Assembly: GCA_027923505.1 (NCBI GenBank)
Contig: BROI01000002.1
Location: 620,001-684,000, forward strand
DNA length: 64,000 bases
Origin: Mayamaea pseudoterrestris
Lineage: Eukaryota
Reading direction: 5' to 3'
The notes below the pieces were generated by a model that saw only the letters and a list, made by a program, of their open reading frames with translations, was not told where the DNA came from and made no database searches. Position 1 is the first letter of the stretch. The number at the start of each line of letters is the position of its first letter. This document shows positions 13,853 to 23,255 of this stretch, one piece after another. A program made the position numbers and the translations under genes.

Positions 13853-16800
13853 CCATAAGTTGGTGAGTTGCACCTCAGCATCCATCACCATGTCTGTCAC
13901 AGTGAGACTGAGCAGATCCAACAACTTGTTGGATCTGCTAGCGGTGCACCTCAAGTGGCAATTGAGACTTCCAAAATGGTCTGCAGACCCCATAATACAA
14001 CCAGTATGGACTTGAACAATGATTGGGACTCATAGACTTGTCCATTTGGGTGTAGAGCCATCACCATGCCCTGAGACTCCGCTCATTCAACGAATGGTTG
14101 GATGTGCCAGCCCTGCTCCCATTTTGGCTGCAGGGATCATCAGCATTGCCCACTGAGCCCTCCAATTTCTTTCAAATCATGTTTGTTGTCAATGATGTAC
14201 CAAAAGTTGGTGAGTTGCACCTCAGCATCATCACCATGTCTGTCACAGTGAGTCTGAGCAGATCCAACAACTTGTTGGATCTGCTAGCGGTGCACCTCAA
14301 GTGGCAATTGAGACTTCCAAAATGGTCTGCAGACCCCATAATACAAACAATATGGACCGACCCCATAATAACCCCAGTGGACTATGAACAACTTGGATTT
14401 GGGCACTTCAGTAGAACCTTAAAGCTGCAATCCATTTGGGCGTGGAGCCATCACCATGCCCTGAGACTCCGCACATTCAACCAATGGTTGAATGTGCCAG
14501 CCCTGCTCCCCTTTTGGCTGCAGGGATCATCCGGATTGCCCGCTGAGCCCTCCAATTTCTTTTAAATCATGTTTGTTGTCAATGCTGGGCCATAAGTTGG
14601 TCCGTTGCACCTCAGCATCCATCACCATGTCTGTCACAGTGAGACTGAGCAGATCCAACAACTTGTTGGATCTGCTAGCGGTGCACCTCAAGTGGCAATT
14701 GAGACTTCCAAAATGGTCTGCAAACCCCATAATACATTCAGTATGGAGTTGAACAATGATTGGGACTCATAGACTTGTCCATTTGGGCGTAGAGCCATCA
14801 CCATGCCCTGAGACTCCGCACATTCAACCAATGGTTGAATGTGCCAGCCCTGCTCCCTTTTTGGCTGCAAAGATCATCCGGATTGCCCGCTGAGCCCTCC
14901 AATTTCTTTCAAATCATGTTTGTTGTCAATGCTGGACCATAAGTTGGTGAGTTGCACCTAAGCATCCATCACCATGTCTGTCACAGTGAGACTGAGCAGA
15001 TCCAACAACTTGTTGGATCTGCTAGCGGTGCACCTCAAGTGGCAATTGAGATTTCCTAAAGGGTCTGCAGACCCCATAATACATTCAATATGGACTTGAA
15101 CAATGATTGGGACTCATAGACTTGCCCATTTGGGCGTGGAGCCATCACCATGCCCTGAGACTCCGCACATTCAACCAATGGTTGAATGTGCCAGCCCTGC
15201 TCCCTTTTTGGCTGCAAAGATCATCAGCATTGCCCGCTGAGCCCTCCAATTTCTTTCAAATCATGTTTGTTGTCAATGATGGGCCATAAGTTGGTCCCTT
15301 GCACCTCAGCATCCATCACCATGTCTGTCACAGTGAACTGAGCAGATCCAACAACTTGTTGGATCTGCTACCGGTGCACCTCAAGTGGCAATTGAGACTT
15401 CCAAAATGGTCTGAAGACCACATAATACATTCAATATGGACTTGAACAATGATTGGGACTCATAGACTTGTCCATTTGGGTGTAGAGCCATCACCATGCC
15501 CTGAGACTCCGCTCATTCAACCAATGGTTGGATGTACCAGCCCTGCTCCCATTTTGGTTGCAGGGATCATCAGCATTGCCCGCTGAGCCCTCCAATTTCT
15601 TTCAAACCATGTTTGTTGTCAATGATGGGCAATAAGTTGGTCCGTTGCACCTCAGCATCTGTCACCATGTCTGTCACTGTGAGACTGAGCAGATCCAACA
15701 ACTTGTTGGATCTGCTAGCGGTGCACCTCAAGTGGCAATTGAACCTTCCAAAATGGCCTGCAGACCCCATAATACATCCCGTATGGACTTGAACAATGAT
15801 TGGGACTCATAGACTTGTCCATTTGGGCGTAGATCCATCACCATGCCCTGAGACTCCGCACATTCAACCAATGGTTGAATGTGCCAGCCCTGCTCCCTTT
15901 TTGGCTGCAACGATCGTCAGCATTGCCCGCTGAGCCCTCCAATTTCTTTCAAATCATGTTTGTTGTCAATGCTGGGCCATAAGTTGGTGAGTTGCACCTC
16001 AGCACCCATCACCATGTCTGTCACAGTGAGACTGAGCAGATCCAACAACTTGTTGGATCTGCTAGCGGTGCACCTCAAGTGGCAATTGAACCTTCCAAAA
16101 TGGTCTGAAGACCCCATAATACATCCAATATGGACTTGAACAATGATTGGGACTCATAGACTTGTCCATTTGGGTGTAGAGCCATCACCATGCCCTGAGA
16201 CTCCGCACATTCAACCAATGGTTGAATGTGCCAGCCCTGCTCCCATTTTGGCTGCAAAGATAATCAGCATTGCCCACTGAGCCCTCCAATTTCTTTCAAA
16301 TCATGTTTGTTGTCAATGCTGGGCCATAAGTTGATGAGTTGCACCTCAGCATCCATCACCATGTCTGTCACAGTGAGACTGAGCAGATCCAACAACTTGT
16401 TGGATTTGCTAGCGGTGCACCTCAAGTGGCAATTGAGACTTCCAAAATGGTCTGCAGACCCCATAATACATTCAATATGGACTTGAACAATGATTGGGAC
16501 TCATAGACTTGTCCATTTGGGCGTAGATCCATCACCATGCCCTGAGACTCCACACATTCAACCCAGCCCTGCTCCCTTTTTGGCTGCAAAGATCATTAGC
16601 ATTGCCCACTGAGCCCTCCAGTTTCTTTCAAATCATGTTTGTTGTCAATGATGGGCCATAAATTGGTGAGTTGCACCTCAGCATCCATCACCATGTATGC
16701 CACAGTGAGACTGAGCAGATCCAACAACTTCCAACAACTTGTTGGATCTGCTAGCGTTGGATCTGCTAGCGGTGCACCTCAAGTGGCAATTGAGACCTCC

Positions 16801-18063
16801 AAAATGGTCTGCAAACCCCATAATACATTCAGTTAGGACTTGAACAATGATTGGGACTCATAGACTTGTCCATTTGGGCGTAGAGCCATCACCATGCCCT
16901 GAGACTCCGCACATTCAACCAATGGTTGAATGTGCCTGTCCTGCTCCCTTTTTGGCTGCAAAGATCATCAGCATTGCCCGCTGAGCCCTCCAATTTCTTT
17001 CAAATCATGTTTGTTGTCAATGCTGGGCCATAAGTTGGTGAGTTGCACCTCAGCACCCATCACCATGTCTGTCACAGTGAGACTGAGCAGATCCAACAAC
17101 TTGTTGGATCTGCTAGCGGTGCACCTCAAGTGGCAATTGAACCTTCCAAAATGGCCTGCAGACCCCATAATACAACCAACATTTGGATTTGAATGTTGAT
17201 TGGGACTCATAGACTTGTCCATTTGGGCGTAGAGCCATCACCATGCCCTGAGACTCCGCACATTCAACCAATGGTTGAATGTGCCAGTCCTGCTCCCTTT
17301 TTGGCTGCAAAGATCATCATCATTGCCCGCTGAGCCCTCCAATTTCTTTCAAATCATGTTTGTTGTCAATGATGGGCCATAAGTTGGTGAGTTGCACCTC
17401 AGCATCCATCACCATGTCTGTCACAGTGAGACTGAGCAGATCCAACAACTTGTTTGATCTACTAGCGGTGCACCTCAAGTGGCAATTGAGACTTCCAAAA
17501 TGGTCTGCAGACCCCATAATACAACCAGTATGGACTTGAACAATGATTGAGTTTCATAGACTTGTCCATTTGGGCATAGAGCCATCACCATGCCCTGAGA
17601 CTCCGCACATTCAACCAATCTGCAAAGATCATCAGCATTGCCCGCTGAGCCCTCCAATTTGTTTCAAATCATGTATGTTGTCAATGATGGGCCATAAGTT
17701 GGTGAGTTGCACCTCAGCATCCATCACCATGTATGCCACAGTGCAAAAATGGCCTGCAGACCCCATAATACATTCAATATGGACTTGAACAATGATTGGG
17801 ACTCATAGACTTGTCCAATTGGGCGTAGAGCCATCTCCATAGCCTGAGACTCCACACATTCAACCAATGGTTGAATGTGCCAGCCCTGCTCCCATTTTGG
17901 CTGCAGGTATCTTGGCTGCAGGGATCATCAGCATTGCCTGCTGAGCCCTCCAATTTCTTTCAAATCATGTATGTTGTCAATGATGGGCCATAAGCTGGTC
18001 AGTTGCACCTCAGCATCCATCACCATGTCTGCCACAGTGAGATTGAACAGATCTAACAACTTG
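13853..18063. repeat. Satellite I array, right block (347-bp unit), more rearranged towards its end
   Basis: 347-bp period (15532, 15879, 16226). Internal deletions at ~16563, ~17620 and ~17742. Ends inside the B palindrome at ~18063. Confidence 0.97.
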
Positions 18064-19130
18064 GTATTGATGGAGCAAGAAAACAATTGGGGTAGGCTGA
18101 ATGCCATGCACTGTAGCACCATGGAGCTGGTTCCTGTGTGGATGTCTGCACTGCCCTCCCATACCGTAGCTGCTAGGAATCAGCTTTGGATCATTTTTAT
18201 GCACGATTGTCCCCAAGCGTAGCCAAGCAGGATTGATGGAGCAAGACTACAATTAGGGGTAGATTTGGAAGGCCATGCACTGTAGCACCATGGAGCTGGC
18301 TCCTGTGTGGGTGTCTGAATTGCCCTCCCATACCGTAGCTGCTTGGAATCAACTATGGATGATTTTATGCACCAATCTCACTGCAAGCATGTCCACAAGC
18401 ATTGTCAAACAGGATTGATGGAGCAAGACTACAATGGGTGGTAGGTTTAAAAGGCCATGCACGGTAGCACCATAGTTCCAGTGGGGATGTCTGAACTGCC
18501 CTCCCATACCGTAGCTGCTTGGAATCAGCTATGGATTTTTTTTTAGCACCAGAAACACTGCAAGCATATTTCCAAGCATAGCCAAATAGGATTGATGGAG
18601 CAAGACTACAATTGGGGGTTGGTTTGGAAGGCCATGCACTGTACCGTACCACCATGGAGCTGGCTCCTGTGTGGGTGTCTGAATTGCCCTCCCGTAACGT
18701 AGCTGCTTGGAATCAGCTATGGATGATTTTTAAGCACCAATCTCACCGCAACCATGTCCCTAAGCATAGCCAAACAGGATTGATTGAGCAAGACTACACG
18801 TGGGGGTAGATTTGGAAGGCAATGCACTGTAGCACCATGGAGCTGGTACCTGTGTAAATGTCTGAATGGCCCTCCCATACCGTAGCTGCTTGGAATCAGC
18901 TATGAAGGATTTTTATGCACCAATCTCACTGCAAGGTTGTCCACAAGCATTGTCAAACAGGATTGATGGAACAAGACTACAATTGGGGGTTGGTTTGGAA
19001 GGCCATGCACTGTAGCACCATGGAGCTGGTTCCTGTGTAGATGTCTGAATTGCCCTCACATACCGTAGCTGCTTGGAATTGGCTACAGAGGATTTTTATG
19101 CACCAATCTCACCGCAAGTATGTCCCCAAG
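18064..19130. repeat. Satellite II, ~183-bp monomer, ~6 copies
   Basis: The motif gattgatgga(g/a)caagactac (gattgattgagcaagactac at 18778) recurs at 18231, 18413, 18590, 18778, 18961 (spacings 182, 177, 188, 183). Confidence 0.95.
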
Positions 19131-20075
19131 CAGGCCTACACCATGGCTTGGTCCACACGATGGTCATAGCCACACCCCAAGTTGTGGATTAATACCCCCA
19201 GGGTGCCTCATGCCTGGCCACTCAACAACCCAATGATTCAGGAAAAACATGTCCAGGGTATGTCATTATCATGTGCATAGTCTCAAACGGTGAAAAAACA
19301 ACTGCCTTGATGCCTACACCATGGAATGGTCTACACGGTGGGTCATGGTCAAGACCTTAAGTTATGGATTCATACCACCAGGATGCCCCATGCCCTGGCC
19401 ACTCAACGACCCAAAGAGTCAGGCAAAACATATACAGAATGTGCCATTGACATGTGCATAGTTTCAAATGGTGCAAAAAGGACTGCCTGGAGGCCTACAC
19501 CATAGATTTGGTCTGCACAACAGGTCATGGTCACAGACTAGGTAGTTATGGATTCATACCACTAGGATGCCCCATGTTCTGGCCACTCAACGAACCAATG
19601 AATCAGGCAAAAACTATCCAGGTGTGCCATTGACATGCACATAGTCTCAAATGGTGCAAAAAGGACTGCCTGGAGGCCTACACCATGGATTGGTCTACAC
19701 AATGGGTCACGGCCAACACCCCAAGTTATGGATTCATACCACTAGGATGCCCCATGCCCTGGCCACTCAACAACCCAATGAGACAGGCAAAACATGTTCC
19801 GGGTGTGCCATTGTCATGAGCACAGTTTCAAATGGTGCAAAACCAACTGCCTGGAGGCCTACACCATACATCGGTCAACACCTCAAGTTATGGATTCATA
19901 CCACTAGGATGCCCCATGCCCTGACCACTCAACGACCCAAAGAGTCAGGCAAAACATATCCAGAATGTGCCATTGACATGTGAATAATCTCCAATGGAGC
20001 AAAAAGGACTGACTTTGCATGTAAGCCGACACCATGGAATGGTCTACATGATAGGTATGTCCAACACCCCACATC
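19131..20075. repeat. Satellite III, ~181-bp monomer, ~5 diverged copies
   Basis: The motif cctacaccat recurs at 19135, 19313, 19494, 19677, 19858 (spacings 178, 181, 183, 181). The block aagttatggattcataccac-aggatgccccatg is shared. Confidence 0.93.
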
Positions 20076-20852
20076 CAACTGCAGCAAAGAGTGCTTGACA
20101 GCTGCTTGGAACAAGGCCACAAAACTGCTTGTGTTCAGCCACTCCAGCACAAGCCAGGAGAAAGTGATCAACAAGGCGCTATCATGCCTTCAGATGAAAA
20201 TGTGATGCTCATGGAGGACTTGTAATAACTCATTCACATTTGGCCCAAGAAAGAGTGACAAGATCTCAATTTTAAAAGCAATCATTTCACACCAATATAT
20301 TATGTCTGTCACTTCACCAATATAACTGTCTGTCATTACACCAAAGTGTTTTAATACCTTTTTTCTTTCGCTAGGGACTACCGGTAGTTCGGTGAACACA
20401 TGATAGCCTGAGTCTCGTAGCGGTACTCATTTTTGACCGCGCCGGCGCACTTCTTTCGAGACGATTGATAAGTACACTTGATGTGACCATAATTGCTCAC
20501 CTTGTCCTTTACTCGCTCTCCCTCTCACTCTTGCAAGTCTGATAATATTGTAACAAGTTGCCACATTTTAGCGCTGCACTATGCGAGTAAGTTGCTAGGT
20601 GAATGCGGTAATATGTATATCTCGTTTGGGAGTGGCAGATTAGAATTATCTCGTCGAAATAACAGCAGCGTTAAAGGCAAAACCACGACCACTTTTGCTT
20701 CTTCCTGGCTGATGGCAAGCTGAATGACTCCTGGCAGCTCTGCCAAAGTGTACTTTGTTGCTTTCGCTGGGTGGCATGATTAGATTGCTGATACTATCTG
20801 TTCTCCAATGTAAACTTGTCCAAGAAAAACTCACACGTTTCACTCCCTACAG

Positions 20853-22787
20853 AACGTAAATTCTTCATCGTCGACAGCAGCATCCAACTCCAACAATGGA
20901 ACGGACAAGTCAAGCGAGTTTCTCATTCAGCGAATCATTGGTGAAGGTTCGTTCGGCGCAGTCTATCAGACGAAACACGAAGCAACTGGTGCCATTGTCG
21001 CGGTCAAGGTAATTTCGAAACCATTTAGTGGAAACAATGGAGGCAATTTGAGTGATGAGGACCAAAAGATTCAGTCAGAGATTGATATTTTGAGTCGATG
21101 CGATTCGCCATATATTGTTGGCTACGTGGAGTGCTTTATACGACAATCACCCATGCAGTTGGCTCTTTCGCCAGCGAGAGGAAATGGCAGTCAAAAGGTG
21201 CCAGCGGGGTCGTCGGGGACGGCTGGAAGCGAAATGTGGATTGTCATGGAATACTGCGAAGGTGGAAGCATGACGAGCTTGTTGGAAGCAAGCGCCAGCA
21301 ACATGCTGCTGCCGGAGGACTGTATTCGTGCGGTGTGCGCGTCGATTGTGCTCGCCTTGGAGTATCTACATGGAGTTGCAAATGTTTGTCATCGCGATAT
21401 TAAAGGAGGCAACGTACTATTGACAAGCGAAGGACACGTCAAGTTGGCAGATTTTGGGGTCTCGGCTGAACTCAGCAATACACTAAATAAGCGCAAGACT
21501 TTGACTGGCTCACCGTATTGGATGAGTCCAGAGGTGATTCGAGAATCGCATTACGATGGACGTGCCGATGTATGGTCGTTGGGTATAACTGTTATTGAAC
21601 TTGCCGAAGGAGCACCTCCGCATGCCAACTTGCATCCGCTTAGAGCCATTTTTGTCATTCCTACCAAGCCTGCTCCAACTCTGGCGGACCCTGATATCTG
21701 GTCACCAGAAATGCTTGACTTTGTACGCTGCTGTTGCCAAAAGGATCCATCTCAGCGGCATGATTCGGCGCTCTTGTCTTCCCATCCATTTATCAAGCAA
21801 GAAGTAATTGCGCTCCGGGCTATGCACGCGGATGACCCTTTCACAACGACGTTGGCTGATCCACGGTCAAAATATAAGAGAATTGCGGCTGCAACTCACA
21901 CCAAGCCTGGCTTACCTGCCATTCGACGGGTCATGAGCAAGCTGAAAGCGCGGGTAGATCATGCCAACGAAAAGAAAGGTATCGTCAAGGTGAATGATAG
22001 CGAAGCAGCCAGCGATCGCGATCGCCGGAATAGTAAGGTTGAACTTGATACAAGCAATATATCCAGTCCAGAGATCGGTTCGTTTTCAAATTCGACTGAT
22101 GTTCGTGTCGTGGACGACTCGACGCTTCCAGCAAGGCCAAACGTTGCCAGGGTATCACAGGAGTTTGATGCGTTTGAAACTCCAGGCTCAAATATTTACT
22201 TGACACCAAACTCGCAACGATATCATTCTGCGATTACAGAAATTGAACTGGAACCTGCTTTAAAGAGTGACAAACGTTTGCATGATGAACTTAGTGTCTT
22301 GTCGTGTGCATTTCAGTGGCGGTTAGAGTCTTTGCGAAAGGCATACGAAGTAGCCCAGCAGAAAGTAATTGCGGAAGCGCGGATACGAAATGAAATTCCT
22401 ATTGACGTCGACGCGCTCATGACAAATGCTGCCATTCAGTTTGACGTGAATGAAAAGGCACGCTCTGCCTTAGCCGAGGCCAGTCGCATACCAGCAGTCG
22501 CTGACATTGTTGAGTCAGTCCAGCAAGGGGCCTATGGGTCACCAACACCAAAGAAACCGTCGCCCGGTCGCAACCGAAGTGCATCTATTGACAAAGACAG
22601 TCTGGCATCGTATGATCAGCTTCTCGACGAGTTGGACAATCCGCGGCACGCTAGGTCTCCGTCAAAAACGAGCGATACAAGCGAAGTTCAGGAATCTGCT
22701 GCACGTAACTACGGTAGTGGCAATGGTTCTCGGAGTTCAACGCAGCAATACGACAAGACTTCCCAATCGTCGATATCAATCGCTTGA
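20853..22787 (+). CDS. STE20-family (MST1/2, Hippo-like) Ser/Thr kinase; first exon unresolved
   Basis: The frame is open upstream of the ORF call at 21048 and contains IGEGSFGAVY and VAVK. Downstream motifs: HRDIKGGN, DFG, GSPYWMSPE, HPLRAIFVIPTKPAPT. Acceptor ctacag ends at 20852. Candidate first exon is ATGCGA|gtaagt at 20581 (unproven). Confidence 0.9.
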   Translation, partial: NVNSSSSTAASNSNNGTDKSSEFLIQRIIGEGSFGAVYQTKHEATGAIVAVKVISKPFSGNNGGNLSDEDQKIQSEIDILSRCDSPYIVGYVECFIRQSPMQLALSPARGNGSQKVPAGSSGTAGSEMWIVMEYCEGGSMTSLLEASASNMLLPEDCIRAVCASIVLALEYLHGVANVCHRDIKGGNVLLTSEGHVKLADFGVSAELSNTLNKRKTLTGSPYWMSPEVIRESHYDGRADVWSLGITVIELAEGAPPHANLHPLRAIFVIPTKPAPTLADPDIWSPEMLDFVRCCCQKDPSQRHDSALLSSHPFIKQEVIALRAMHADDPFTTTLADPRSKYKRIAAATHTKPGLPAIRRVMSKLKARVDHANEKKGIVKVNDSEAASDRDRRNSKVELDTSNISSPEIGSFSNSTDVRVVDDSTLPARPNVARVSQEFDAFETPGSNIYLTPNSQRYHSAITEIELEPALKSDKRLHDELSVLSCAFQWRLESLRKAYEVAQQKVIAEARIRNEIPIDVDALMTNAAIQFDVNEKARSALAEASRIPAVADIVESVQQGAYGSPTPKKPSPGRNRSASIDKDSLASYDQLLDELDNPRHARSPSKTSDTSEVQESAARNYGSGNGSRSSTQQYDKTSQSSISIA

Positions 22788-23255
22788 AGTGTTATTGTAA
22801 CTGCATTTAAAAAAGGGTCGAAGTGGAGACTTCAGTCAACGTTATAAATTTAATGATTTACGAACTGTAACTTCATCTCAATAGATCTAAGTGCGCCTTT
22901 GTGTCAGAGGAAAGTCTTGGTTCCGTTCAGACAACAACATGGACTCCCGCAAATTCCGGGCTGTCGAGATACATGTCGGATAGACTATTGCTAATCATTG
23001 TCACTACCACAGTTGTCGGGCCATTATTGTCGCGTGATAGTTTTGTGAAAAAGATGGAATGGAGTGCAGATCACAAGCTCGTCGCTTCCTGTAAACATCG
23101 CAAAGGGCACGATGTCCGCCACATACAGGATGATACTTAGTCCCTGAATCCTTCTTATTTGAGAATGTCTCGACGCTATAGTTTCAGTACAACATGGCCT
23201 CACTACACGCCCAAATTTTGTATTCATTATACACTGTCTTGTTATGCGACCTTAT

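Noticed and set aside
1..18063. CRISPR-like array (27-29-bp palindromic repeats at regular spacing)
   Set aside because: The intervening sequences are themselves repeated rather than unique spacers and are ~145 bp long. There are no cas genes and the context is eukaryotic.
1..20075. Tandem 5S rRNA, tRNA or snRNA gene array, or a transposon
   Set aside because: No recognisable RNA-gene sequence, terminal repeats, target-site duplications or transposase/RT coding.
166..20174. Dozens of near-identical 60-155-aa ORFs (MCQPCSLFGC..., MGSADHFGSL...) as a tandem gene family
   Set aside because: They are translations of the satellite on both strands. The 347-bp period is not a multiple of 3, copies carry frameshifts and stops, and no domain is recognisable.
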